From: a plasmid
Strand: one strand, 5' to 3'
Sequence record: NZ_CP123987.1
DNA: 64,000 bases
Shown here: piece after piece, positions 30,779 to 40,683 of the stretch
Position numbering within the stretch: position 1 is the first letter of the stretch
Layout: every line of letters begins with the position of its first letter
Made by a program: the position numbers and the translations under genes
The notes under the pieces: model-generated
The model's input: the letters and a program-made list of their open reading frames with translations, nothing else
Database searches by the model: none
Told to the model about the DNA's origin: nothing

Positions 30779-31564
30779 TTAGTCGTATAATTCTGGTCTA
30801 CGATCTTCAAATACATGAATTTGTTGAGTGAATTTTTCCATTTCGGATGTATCTAAATCATAAACTGTCAATGTTTCTTGATCGCCACTATCACTTAAAA
30901 CTTCACCTAAAGGATTAATTATCAGTGAATGACCATTAAATTTATTGTCAGGATTATCGCCCACTCGATTAACTGCAACAACATAAGCTTGATTTTCAAT
31001 CGCTCTTGCAACTAACAAGGCTTTCCATTGTTCAATTCTAGTTTGAGGCCATTGAGCCACGACATAGATTACACTCAATTTTTTCTTGGCAACTGTCCGC
31101 AACCATTCTGGGAATCGGATGTCATAACAGATGAACGATGCACTCTTCACACCAGCTAATTCAAAAACATTTTTTTGATCACCAGCAGCTAAATACTTAT
31201 CTTCATCCATCAATCTAAACAAATGAACTTTACGATACTCACTAATAAGCTTACCTTGTTTATCAACTATATAAGTTGTATTGTAAAACTGTTCATGCTC
31301 TTTAATCGCAACTGATCCACCAACAATGTTAACCTTATAGTCTTGTGCTTTAGCTTGTAGAAATTCTTTAGTTCGCTTCCCTTCAACATCTGCGATTTCT
31401 TCTAACCTTGCTAGGTCATAACCTGTATTCCACAATTCTGGTAAGACAACTACATCCACCTTAGCTTGTGCTGCCTTGCTTAAATATTGATCAACCTTTT
31501 TGTAATTTTCTTCAGGTTTCCCGTGTTCAACAGGAATTTGTGCCAATGCAATCCTTAATGTCAT
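30779..31564 (-). CDS. Carbon-nitrogen hydrolase family protein (omega-amidase / nitrilase-like)
   Basis: E-K-C catalytic triad context (LPELW..., ICYDIRFPE). 261 aa. Co-oriented with the aminotransferase. Confidence 0.8.
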   Translation of the reverse strand: MTLRIALAQIPVEHGKPEENYKKVDQYLSKAAQAKVDVVVLPELWNTGYDLARLEEIADVEGKRTKEFLQAKAQDYKVNIVGGSVAIKEHEQFYNTTYIVDKQGKLISEYRKVHLFRLMDEDKYLAAGDQKNVFELAGVKSASFICYDIRFPEWLRTVAKKKLSVIYVVAQWPQTRIEQWKALLVARAIENQAYVVAVNRVGDNPDNKFNGHSLIINPLGEVLSDSGDQETLTVYDLDTSEMEKFTQQIHVFEDRRPELYD

Positions 31565-31680
31565 GCAATCACCTCTTATTCAAGTAATTATGATAATTTA
31601 ATTATACTCTATCATTTTTAAACGAAAAATACGAATAAAAAATAAGGATCAAGACTTACATATCTTAATCCTTATTTTCA

Positions 31681-32181
31681 TTATTTGTCTAATCTATCTA
31701 AAATTTCTTTAGCCACTTCATGATTAGTATACATCCAGAAAATGTGACCCAATACTTCTGACAAGTGTTCTTCTAAAGGTTGACGTTTAGCACTTGGAAT
31801 AGTCTTCATAGCTGGCATAATTACCAAGTGGAAAGCGATCCACATAGCTACACCAAATGGAATACCTTGTTTCTTAGTTAACCAATTCATTTTCTTTTCC
31901 AATGCTAATGCATATGTTGTCGCAAAAGTTACTGAAAATCCAAAGTGAATTAGGAAACTAGCCCATGGCATTCTATGACCAGAATATTTATAAGTTGATT
32001 GTGTTATCTCTGCCGGTACTCCCAATTGTTGTAAGAAAGTTTGTGGAGGATTAACTTCATCGCGTTCTGGAGTTCTAGGTGGCATAATATTTTCCCAACC
32101 TAATTTAACTAAACCAGAAATAATCCCTGATGCAGTTCCAGCAATTAAAACATTTTTTAGACTTTTGTTCACAAAAATCAC
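31681..32181 (-). CDS. DUF1440 / YagU-like membrane protein
   Basis: 166 aa, 3-4 TM segments. Family call from overall pattern only. Confidence 0.4.
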   Translation of the reverse strand: MIFVNKSLKNVLIAGTASGIISGLVKLGWENIMPPRTPERDEVNPPQTFLQQLGVPAEITQSTYKYSGHRMPWASFLIHFGFSVTFATTYALALEKKMNWLTKKQGIPFGVAMWIAFHLVIMPAMKTIPSAKRQPLEEHLSEVLGHIFWMYTNHEVAKEILDRLDK

Positions 32182-32198
32182 CCCTCTTTGAATTGCTA

Positions 32199-32513
32199 CT
32201 AGTGTATCCCTAAAGCTAACTTAGCGTATCGACTTAAACGGTCTGTCGTCCACATTGGCTCCCATACAAATTCAACATCTACGTTCTTTATCTCTGGAAT
32301 ATCTCTCAAAGCTCTTGTAACCATATCTGCCAAAATGTTAGTAAGTGGGCAACCCATTGTAGTCAATGTCATTTCTACCAAACAGATGCCATCTTCATCT
32401 AAGTCAACGTTGTAAATTAATCCTAAGTTAACAATATCTATATTCAATTCGGGATCAACCACTGTTGTTAGCTTCTCTATTATATCATCTCTGACCTCTT
32501 TATTACTTCTCAT
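32199..32513 (-). CDS. DUF59 / MIP18-family Fe-S cluster assembly protein (SufT-like)
   Basis: Start set at MRSNKEV because the longer ORF would overlap sdaAA. Strong RBS AGGAAAGGA. Conserved D..V.L...CP motif (TTMGCPL). Confidence 0.6.
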   Translation of the reverse strand: MRSNKEVRDDIIEKLTTVVDPELNIDIVNLGLIYNVDLDEDGICLVEMTLTTMGCPLTNILADMVTRALRDIPEIKNVDVEFVWEPMWTTDRLSRYAKLALGIH

Positions 32514-32529
32514 ACGACTTGGTCCTTTC

Positions 32530-33411
32530 CTATAGATTTTTACCAAAAATACGCATTCTAATTTCTTGTCCAGTTGGAGTTCCTGCCAAACCACCAATTC
32601 CAGTTTCTCGTAGTGACTCTGGCATATTTTTACCGACCTTGTCCATCGCACTAATTACTTCATCTGCTGGAATCATACTTTCGCAACCAGCCAGTGCCAT
32701 GTCTGCAGATATCAAAGCATTGCTAGAACCAATAGCATTACGATTAATACAAGGCACTTCTACTAAACCTGCAATAGGATCACATACCAAACCTAATAAA
32801 TTACTAATTACAATCGCCATTGCATTAGCACTCTGTTTAGGAGTCCCGCCTGCTACTTCTACAGCCGCAGCTGCTCCCATTCCAGAAGCACTACCTACTT
32901 CAGCTTGGCAACCACCTGTAGCACCTGCAATGCAAGCATTGTTAGCAATAACCATTCCAAATCCACCAGCAGTAAATAAAAATCTCACCATTTGTTCTTC
33001 ATCTAATCCCAACCTCTTTTCAAGAGTAAATAATACTCCTGGAAGAGTACCTGAAGATCCTGCTGTTGGAGTTGCACATATAACTCCCATCGCTGCATTA
33101 ACTTCATTTGTAGCAATGGCTGATTGTACTGCTGACATTATCATATCTCCAGATAATGTTTTGTGAGATTTTCGATAATCTTTTATTTTTACAGCATCAC
33201 CACCTGTTAATCCTGTTTTAGAGTGTACTCCAATTCCATGGGCACCCCGACTAACTGCTAATCTCATAGTGTCTAAATTATGTTTCATTTTTCTCCATAC
33301 ATCATTTCTGGAAACGTTCATATCGTTACACTCAGCTTGAATAACCAATTCAGATATTGGTAAGTTTTTAATTGTAGCATCGCTAACTAATTCTTCTATA
33401 CTTGCATACAT
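32530..33411 (-). CDS. sdaAA: L-serine dehydratase, Fe-S dependent, alpha subunit
   Basis: 293 aa, collinear with SdaAA. Confidence 0.85.
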   Translation of the reverse strand: MYASIEELVSDATIKNLPISELVIQAECNDMNVSRNDVWRKMKHNLDTMRLAVSRGAHGIGVHSKTGLTGGDAVKIKDYRKSHKTLSGDMIMSAVQSAIATNEVNAAMGVICATPTAGSSGTLPGVLFTLEKRLGLDEEQMVRFLFTAGGFGMVIANNACIAGATGGCQAEVGSASGMGAAAAVEVAGGTPKQSANAMAIVISNLLGLVCDPIAGLVEVPCINRNAIGSSNALISADMALAGCESMIPADEVISAMDKVGKNMPESLRETGIGGLAGTPTGQEIRMRIFGKNL

Positions 33412-33423
33412 TTTAAATTCCTC

Positions 33424-34086
33424 TTATAGACAGATGATATTTTCATATTTATTAACAAAAAATCCTCTTATTCCTTCTTGTAATTGTTGTTTCAAATCAA
33501 ATTCATATATTGTATATTCATTATTTTTTAAAACTTGTTTCTTATCAAATGGAGCTAACCTATTCAAGTCCTCAATAAGTGATATTCCGTTATTCCTTTC
33601 TGTATTGGTGGTTACGTAAAGTATAATTGATAGTGGTCCGGTTGGTTTAATATCTATTCCATGAAGTCTAATATTACGAATCTCTATGGTTCCTCCACCA
33701 ATGGAACAACCTGAAATTTGCACCCTTTTATCTCCACCAATCAAATCTAAAACTGCAGTATTAGGATGATGAATAGGACTTTCACCGCTCTCTTCTACAA
33801 ACCTAATATCTATTCCTTGTTCTCTAGCAATTTGTCTAGAATTAGGAACTCGTGGATCTGATGCATCAAATCCTAAAACTCCTGCTGCAATTGCGTAATC
33901 TGTTCCATGACCGCGATGCGTCTTAGCAAATGAACCATAGTAATGTACGATTACTCTTTCAGGAATTCCGCCAAATAAATCATTAGCTGCCCTTCCAATT
34001 GCAACCGCACCAGCAGTATGAGAACTTGAAGGACCTATCATGATCGGTCCAATAATATCAAAAACACTTCTATATATATTACTCAA
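33424..34086 (-). CDS. sdaAB: L-serine dehydratase, Fe-S dependent, beta subunit
   Basis: 220 aa, conserved GPSSSHTAG motif. Confidence 0.85.
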   Translation of the reverse strand: MSNIYRSVFDIIGPIMIGPSSSHTAGAVAIGRAANDLFGGIPERVIVHYYGSFAKTHRGHGTDYAIAAGVLGFDASDPRVPNSRQIAREQGIDIRFVEESGESPIHHPNTAVLDLIGGDKRVQISGCSIGGGTIEIRNIRLHGIDIKPTGPLSIILYVTTNTERNNGISLIEDLNRLAPFDKKQVLKNNEYTIYEFDLKQQLQEGIRGFFVNKYENIICL

Positions 34087-34204
34087 ACCGAGTACCTACT
34101 TTCACTAGGATATTTGTCTACATTATTATAGCACACTGTTTAAAATATCACTTTTAATTATTTTTATATTTTTCACAAGTAATATATAATTTTTACCTAC
34201 TTAA

Positions 34205-34955
34205 ATCATAACCACCCGTAAAACGGGTGGTTTGCTCCACGGCTATAAGCCGTTAAGAACAGCCAGCGTCTCAAGGCGCTGGCTTTCTCTTCGTTCAAGC
34301 CAAATTGCTATGATTTCTTTGCCACCACTTTAAGTGGTATTAGTATCACTTTAACTTATTACCCTTAAAAGGGTCTGAATATTCTTTAGTTGTCAATTTA
34401 TCTATCGATAAATCATGTTTTTCTTGATCTCTTATATATTTTCGAATTGTTTGTTCATTCAATCCTACTGTACTAACATAATACCCTTCAGACCAAAAAT
34501 GTCTATTTCCAAATTTGTACTTTAAATTCGCATGTCTATCAAACATCATCAATGCACTTTCCCCCTTTAAGTATCCCATAAAACTTGATACACTCTGCTT
34601 TGGGGGAATACTTACTAAAAGATGTACATGATCTGGCATCATATGTCCTTCTATAATTTTTACTCCTTTATATTGACATAATAACTTTATAATCTCTATT
34701 AAATCTTTTCGGTATTGATAATATATTATTTTACGTCTATACTTTGGAGTGAATACGATATGGTATTTACATAACCATTTTGTATGGGCTAAACTATTTA
34801 GTTTATTAGCCATTTCAAATTATCTCTTTTCTTTTTTATTTTTTGGCCTGAACAACTTAATCTTAAAACCAAAAGAGTAATTTGTATATAATACTTCATT
34901 TTCCACTCGCATAGCGAGTGGTTTTTTGTTTCGTACGCTTTAGCGTACTCAACCA
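34205..34955 (-). mobile_element. IS200/IS605-family element (or RAYT-like) with GC-rich subterminal hairpins
   Basis: tnpA (HUH Y1 transposase) flanked by CCACCCGTAAAACGGGTGG (34211-34231) and CCACTCGCATAGCGAGTGG (34902-34920). Further palindromes at 34238-34252, 34261-34284, 34322-34340 and 34933-34948. Confidence 0.7.
34346..34813 (-). CDS. tnpA: IS200/IS605 family transposase TnpA (Y1 HUH)
   Basis: 155 aa with the HVHLLVSIPP HUH motif. Confidence 0.85.
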   Translation of the reverse strand: MANKLNSLAHTKWLCKYHIVFTPKYRRKIIYYQYRKDLIEIIKLLCQYKGVKIIEGHMMPDHVHLLVSIPPKQSVSSFMGYLKGESALMMFDRHANLKYKFGNRHFWSEGYYVSTVGLNEQTIRKYIRDQEKHDLSIDKLTTKEYSDPFKGNKLK

Positions 34956-34974
34956 GGTCTAAAGACATAATAAA

Positions 34975-35011
34975 AATTGCTGGTAACTTATTAAAAATTA
35001 CCAGCAATTGT
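34975..35011 (-). terminator. Terminator of the SSS transporter gene
   Basis: CAATTGCTGGTAA...TTACCAGCAATTG perfect 13-bp stem. Confidence 0.7.
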
Positions 35012-35027
35012 CACATTCAAATTGTAA

Positions 35028-36533
35028 TTATTTTTTAGTATACTCTACATCGATAGTTCTAACTGTTAATCCTGTTACATCTTTTCTATATTGTGGTGTA
35101 ACTAGACCTACAAGATAACTTACTACAAATGAAGTCAAGAAAGATACACTACTTGTAATGAATGGAGAAATATTCAAGGATTGTACGTAGTATGTTAAAC
35201 CAGCTGCAACAATCAAAGCAATTACAGCACTAACAGTATTTGCTTTTTCTGTAAAAATACCTGCAGCGAAAATACCTGCAATAAAAACACCAAATAACCC
35301 AGTTACTGCTAAGAATAAGTTCCATGTTTCTGAAGTATTACCAACTAATAAATAAATAGCAACTGCTAAACTAAATAAACCAGAAATTATAATAATCCAA
35401 CGAGCTAATGCAACATCACTAACGTTCTTAAATTTATCATTAAAAAATCTTTGTTTAAAGTCAACAATGCCACAAGAAGAGATAGCATTCAAACTAGAAG
35501 CAATAGTTGATTGAGCAGCAGCAAAAATAGCAGCAATAACTAATCCAGCAATACCAGCAGGAAGTTTGGTTACAATGAAGTATGGTACAACTGCACTTGT
35601 ATTAAATCCTTTTGGTAACATTGCTGCGTGGTTGTAGAAACTAAATAGAACTGTACCCATTCCATAAAAAATAGGAATTGTGATAAATGCTAAAATACCA
35701 TTTGTCCAAAGAGATTTTTTTGTTTCTTCCATTGTTGCTGTTGTTTGATAACGTTGTACAACATCTTGACTACCAGTGTATTGATACAAACTATTAAAGA
35801 ATTGACCTGCAAATATCAAGGGTAAGAATTTGGATAAGTCACTTATTTTCATATCAAATCCAGAAATTAATTTATGATGTGTAATTGCATCAGAAGCTAC
35901 AGTAGCCCAGCCCCCATCAATATAATGTGCACCTAAAATAATAACTAATAAGGCACCACCAAGTAGTAAAATGCCTTGGATAACATCTGACCAAATAACC
36001 CCTTCAATACCACCAAGGAATGTGTAAATGATACATAATCCACCAACAAATAATGCAATGATAATTGGATTAATATCAGAAACAGATGTAATTGCAATTA
36101 TAGGTAGGTAAATAACAATAGCTACTCGAGCAATATGATAAAGCATAAATAGTAAGCTACCTAAGATTCTCATTACTGGACCAAATCTTTCTTCTAAATA
36201 TCCATAAGCTGTTGGAACTTTTAATTTTCTAAAAAATGGAACATAATATTTAACCAAAATTGGAATAATAGCAATAATTGCTAGATTACCAATTGAGTAT
36301 GCCCAGTCGTTTAAGAAAGCTTGTTCAGGAGTAGACATAAATGTTATTGCGCTTAAAGTTGTTGCATATATACTAAATCCTGCGGCCCAAGCTGGAATTT
36401 TACCTTCGGCTGTAAAAAATGAATCTGTATTCTTACTTGCTTTTTTAGTAAAATATGCACCGACAGCTAACATTGCTAATAAATATAGAACTAGAACAAT
36501 CCAATTAAGAGTACCAAAACCTACTTTTTCCAT
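35028..36533 (-). CDS. Sodium:solute symporter (SSS family), sialic-acid transporter candidate by context
   Basis: 501 aa, about 13 TM segments, SSS-family signature. Neighbours nanK/nanA/nanE. Confidence 0.7.
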   Translation of the reverse strand: MEKVGFGTLNWIVLVLYLLAMLAVGAYFTKKASKNTDSFFTAEGKIPAWAAGFSIYATTLSAITFMSTPEQAFLNDWAYSIGNLAIIAIIPILVKYYVPFFRKLKVPTAYGYLEERFGPVMRILGSLLFMLYHIARVAIVIYLPIIAITSVSDINPIIIALFVGGLCIIYTFLGGIEGVIWSDVIQGILLLGGALLVIILGAHYIDGGWATVASDAITHHKLISGFDMKISDLSKFLPLIFAGQFFNSLYQYTGSQDVVQRYQTTATMEETKKSLWTNGILAFITIPIFYGMGTVLFSFYNHAAMLPKGFNTSAVVPYFIVTKLPAGIAGLVIAAIFAAAQSTIASSLNAISSCGIVDFKQRFFNDKFKNVSDVALARWIIIISGLFSLAVAIYLLVGNTSETWNLFLAVTGLFGVFIAGIFAAGIFTEKANTVSAVIALIVAAGLTYYVQSLNISPFITSSVSFLTSFVVSYLVGLVTPQYRKDVTGLTVRTIDVEYTKK

Positions 36534-36550
36534 TTTGTTTCACCTCATAA

Positions 36551-37741
36551 TTAATTAATTTGCTTCTTCGTGTAAATATCTTCTCTTTCTGTTCTTTGTA
36601 TATAAAATTTTAAAATTAATGGTGCAATCAAAGTTGTAATTACAGTCACAATTATCATGGCAGTATAGTGATTCTGATCAACCACATGTGCATTCAATGC
36701 CACATTTGCTACAACTAATGCCATTTCTCCACGTGATACCATCCCTGCACCTACAACATTCGATTCATCCCAAGTTAGACCAAAAGCTTTTGCTCCAAGC
36801 CCACAACCTATTTGTTTTCCAAGAATTGCTATAATAATTAACAATATTATAAAGAAAATATCATTTTTCATTCCTTTAAAACTAATACTCAATCCAATAC
36901 TTACAAAAAATACTGGTATAAATACAGCATATCCTATAGGCTCTACCTTCAGTGACAGTTTCTCTTTAAATTTCGTTTCAGAAATTGCTAGCCCTGCAAA
37001 GTACGCACCTAAAACATCACTCATTCCCATGGATACAGCTAAAGCAGCAAAACCAAAACATAAAATGATCGCTGCAGTTGTATCGTTTTCGCTTGCGTTC
37101 AATTTACTAAAAATTTCTAGAAATCTAGGAACAAACCATTTCCCTACAAAGAATGCGATTACAAAAAATAGCATCTTTGGACCAATTAATTTTAATAATG
37201 TTATTCCCGATGCTCCATTACTTCCAACAAAACTAATACACAACCCTAATAAAATAACACAAATAATATCATCAGCTACTGCAGCACCTAGAATCATTGC
37301 ACCTTCTTTACTATTCATACGATTCATCTCTCTAAGTACTTGAACTGTAATACTCACAGAAGTTGCACTTAAAACTAATCCAATAAATAATGCGGTTTCC
37401 CAAGAAAAACCAAATACTAATGCACATAAAAGCGCTGCACTCCCAGTCGGAACAATTACACCTAATATTGCAATTGTCACAGATGGTTTCCAATACTTCA
37501 TCAACATCTGTAAATTTCCTTCCAAGCCCGCGATAAACATTAGGATAATTACTCCTAGTTCTGAAAAATAGTGAACCAAATTAGTTGGGGTTAAAATCCC
37601 AAGCACTGCAGGTCCCGCAATAATTCCTACTAATAATTCTCCGATAACACTCGGAAAATTGAATACATTAGACACATGAGCCCCTATTTTGGTCAAAAGT
37701 AGTATTATAAATAATTCAATGAGATACGTCATTGATAACAC
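36551..37741 (-). CDS. Cation:proton antiporter (CPA family, Na+/H+ exchanger-like)
   Basis: 396 aa, polytopic. Confidence 0.7.
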   Translation of the reverse strand: MLSMTYLIELFIILLLTKIGAHVSNVFNFPSVIGELLVGIIAGPAVLGILTPTNLVHYFSELGVIILMFIAGLEGNLQMLMKYWKPSVTIAILGVIVPTGSAALLCALVFGFSWETALFIGLVLSATSVSITVQVLREMNRMNSKEGAMILGAAVADDIICVILLGLCISFVGSNGASGITLLKLIGPKMLFFVIAFFVGKWFVPRFLEIFSKLNASENDTTAAIILCFGFAALAVSMGMSDVLGAYFAGLAISETKFKEKLSLKVEPIGYAVFIPVFFVSIGLSISFKGMKNDIFFIILLIIIAILGKQIGCGLGAKAFGLTWDESNVVGAGMVSRGEMALVVANVALNAHVVDQNHYTAMIIVTVITTLIAPLILKFYIQRTEREDIYTKKQIN

Positions 37742-38473
37742 CTACCGTTTCATCAGTACATCCTCTACCTTCTTCATTTCATCAATTATTTTATTCTCAT
37801 CAATTCCATACTCTAGAAATACTGGTATATTTTCACCTAGTTTATTTAACATATATCTCCAATCTGTATCTCCATTATTTAACATCATCGTATTTTTGCT
37901 TTTAATATCTTTTAAATGAAATACAGAAATATTTTCTCTCAATTCATCAAAAGCAACATGAGGGTTTTCATTTATCCAATACCAATTTCCAGAATCAAAT
38001 GTATACCCTAATTTAATGTGATTATCATTCAAATAATTAAGTGCTTTTTTCATTTCTACTAAGGAACCATTATCATTAGGTTGATTTTCAATAGTCACAT
38101 TTACAGATGTATTATTTAAAATATCATTTAATTCATTAATATCTGTATTTTTAACATTTATATGACCTAAACTGTATTTTAAGTTTGAAACATTATATTT
38201 TTCTGCTAATGCAATTTTATTTTCTATATCTTGATTGAAACCATCTGAATTAAATAATTCTTGTGGAACGGAGTAAAATAATTTCCATCTATTCTTTTCA
38301 CATAAATTAGAAATTTCTTCTAATTCTTCTTCAACTCTTTCTTCATCAAAAAATTCTCCACGTACTTCAATACTATCTATTATTTTATCTGGTAATCTTT
38401 CTAAACATTCTAACTGACTTTTACCTTTTTTTATTTCATCTTCGAAAACAGCTGTGTTTATAGATAAATGCAT
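37742..38473 (-). CDS. Sugar phosphate isomerase/epimerase (xylose-isomerase-like TIM barrel)
   Basis: 243 aa with HLKD and metal-binding Glu pattern. Family-level call only. Confidence 0.45.
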   Translation of the reverse strand: MHLSINTAVFEDEIKKGKSQLECLERLPDKIIDSIEVRGEFFDEERVEEELEEISNLCEKNRWKLFYSVPQELFNSDGFNQDIENKIALAEKYNVSNLKYSLGHINVKNTDINELNDILNNTSVNVTIENQPNDNGSLVEMKKALNYLNDNHIKLGYTFDSGNWYWINENPHVAFDELRENISVFHLKDIKSKNTMMLNNGDTDWRYMLNKLGENIPVFLEYGIDENKIIDEMKKVEDVLMKR

Positions 38474-38712
38474 TTATATCCAACCGCCTTTCTTAATATT
38501 AACCCGGTGCAGTATTATATCCGAAGGTAGCACGTTTAAATAAAACGTTTTCATAAAACAACATTATTATATAAAAAGAAAATAAATATTTCAACACTTA
38601 AAAAAGATATTTATTTTCAAAACAAGGTTATAATTCTCTTATATCAGCATTTTATAGAAAGTAAATTTTTTTATTTTGATAAAAGTAAAAATATAATATC
38701 TGTAAAATAAAG

Positions 38713-38753
38713 AAAGCTAAGAATCACGTTAAATTAGTGTAATTCTTAGCTTT
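38713..38753 (-). terminator. Terminator of ndk
   Basis: AAAGCTAAGAAT...ATTCTTAGCTTT perfect 12-bp stem followed by a T run on the minus strand. Confidence 0.8.
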
Positions 38754-38768
38754 CATCTTTATTTACTT

Positions 38769-39206
38769 CTAAAAATTAAATTCTGGAAACCATATTTTAA
38801 TTTCACGTTGCGCACTTTCTACACTATCTGATGTATGCACCACGTTTTGGATATGTTTATAAGGCCATTCTCGCCCATAATCTCCACGGATAGTTCCAAA
38901 TTCAGCTTCTCCTGGATTTGTATTACCAGCCATTCGATGCATTGCTTTAGTAATATTTGTACCTGCCGCAACTATCCCCACAATTGGACCTGATTGCATG
39001 TAAGATAACATATCTGGAAAATATGGTTTGTCAACCTTATCATTGTAATGTTGTTTTAATTGATCCTCTGTAGCTGATACAACCTTTAAAGCTTCAATTT
39101 CATATCCTTTGCGCTCAATTCTAGTGATAATTTCACCTACATGACGACTTGAAACTCCATCTGGTTTAACTAAGATAAGTGTTCTTTCTTCTGCCAAATT
39201 TGTCAC
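38769..39206 (-). CDS. ndk: Nucleoside diphosphate kinase
   Basis: 145 aa with the NVVHTSDS active-site His region. Confidence 0.85.
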   Translation of the reverse strand: MTNLAEERTLILVKPDGVSSRHVGEIITRIERKGYEIEALKVVSATEDQLKQHYNDKVDKPYFPDMLSYMQSGPIVGIVAAGTNITKAMHRMAGNTNPGEAEFGTIRGDYGREWPYKHIQNVVHTSDSVESAQREIKIWFPEFNF

Positions 39207-39290
39207 TTCTCTTTCTCTTCTCGTTAAATTTACCTATCATTACCTATAAGTATAATCTAACACTAATGAATACTCAACAAATTTTTTTAT

Positions 39291-40154
39291 TTATATATTT
39301 ACTAGCTCAGCAATTCCACCTAAAAGTTGTGCTTTATTTGCTAAATGACTAACCTTAATTTGTGTCTGTATCAATCCTTTAGGAACATATTCTTCAAGAT
39401 GTCTTTCTACTAAATCAACTAGATATTCTCCTTGTTTAGCAACTGCTCCACCTAATAAGATAAGTTCAGGATCAAATAACAAAATAATTTCTGCCACACC
39501 TCGTGCTACTTCATCTCCCCAATCTTCAATAATCTTTTCAAATCTTTCATCACCAGCTTTAGCTTTTTCAAAAGCATCAATTACAGATATATCAAATTTT
39601 TTCAAGTAAGCTTCTAGACTTAAAGTAGCTGCTCTTTTCTGATAGTCTGTTTTAGTATTTTTATCATAAAGAGTATAACCAATAGAATTAGCACCAGCAT
39701 GAGCACCAGAAAATAATTTCCCTTCATAAAAATATGCACCACCTATACCAGTACCTAACGCTATACAATAAACATTGTCACTGCCTTTCGCACCACCAGC
39801 TAAACGTTCTCCTAATAAAGCAGCATCTACATCATTAACTACTGATACTGGTAATCCAGATAATTCCTCTAACTCCTTCTTTATAGGTGTTCCTATATAT
39901 CCTGGGATTGTTGGACCAGCATATTGAATTTCACCATTTTTACCAACAATACCAGCTGTACTAACACCAATTCCTAGTAAAGTGTAAGAATTCATCATTT
40001 CTTCAGTAATTTTCTTTAGGCTTTTTAAAATATGACCATCTTTATTTTCTAAAGTTGGACAACTACTACTTTCGATAATATTTAATTCAGAATCAATCAA
40101 GCCATATTTAATGGTAGTACCACCTACATCAAAACCTAAATAATATTTTTTCAT
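39291..40154 (-). CDS. nanK: ROK-family N-acetylmannosamine kinase
   Basis: DVGGT N-terminal ATP motif. 287 aa. nan-cluster context. Confidence 0.75.
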   Translation of the reverse strand: MKKYYLGFDVGGTTIKYGLIDSELNIIESSSCPTLENKDGHILKSLKKITEEMMNSYTLLGIGVSTAGIVGKNGEIQYAGPTIPGYIGTPIKKELEELSGLPVSVVNDVDAALLGERLAGGAKGSDNVYCIALGTGIGGAYFYEGKLFSGAHAGANSIGYTLYDKNTKTDYQKRAATLSLEAYLKKFDISVIDAFEKAKAGDERFEKIIEDWGDEVARGVAEIILLFDPELILLGGAVAKQGEYLVDLVERHLEEYVPKGLIQTQIKVSHLANKAQLLGGIAELVNI

Positions 40155-40350
40155 TTGATTACCTTCTTTCTAAAGGAATTTATTATAACCGCTTTCAATA
40201 TAGCATAAGATACTTTTTTTCTCAAATTAATTTTATAAAAATAATTATCACATTGATATAACAACGTTTACAGCTAATTATGATAATTATTATCTAAATA
40301 TGTTGTTGAAATAATTTTTTTCGTATTGTATAGTATAAACGAAGGTAGTT

Positions 40351-40364
40351 AAAGCGTTATCAAA
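40351..40364. promoter_or_regulatory. Possible cre-like site upstream of nanA
   Basis: TTAAAGCGTTATCA has one mismatch to the cre consensus. Confidence 0.3.
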
Positions 40365-40683
40365 AATGAATTGTGAGGTAATAGATTATGAAAAAACTTT
40401 ATTCTGCTCTTATGACTGCATTTAACGAAGATGGTTCTGTTAACTTAGACGGTGTTCGTGAAATGGTTCGTTACAATATTGATGTAAATCATATCGATGG
40501 ACTTTATGTAGGTGGTAGTACTGGTGAAACTTTCATGCTTAGTACAGAAGAAAAAAAGAGTATCTTCAAGGTTGCTTATGAAGAAGCTGCTGGCAAAACA
40601 CATCTTATTGTAAACACACTATAGTGTGACATTACAGATAAAAAGGCCCTCAAAATCACATTTTCCTAGTGATTTTGAGGGCC

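Noticed and set aside
34798-35007. 69-aa minus-strand ORF
   Set aside because: It spans the IS200 end hairpins and the transporter terminator. The translation is low-complexity, so it is an artefact of palindromic DNA.
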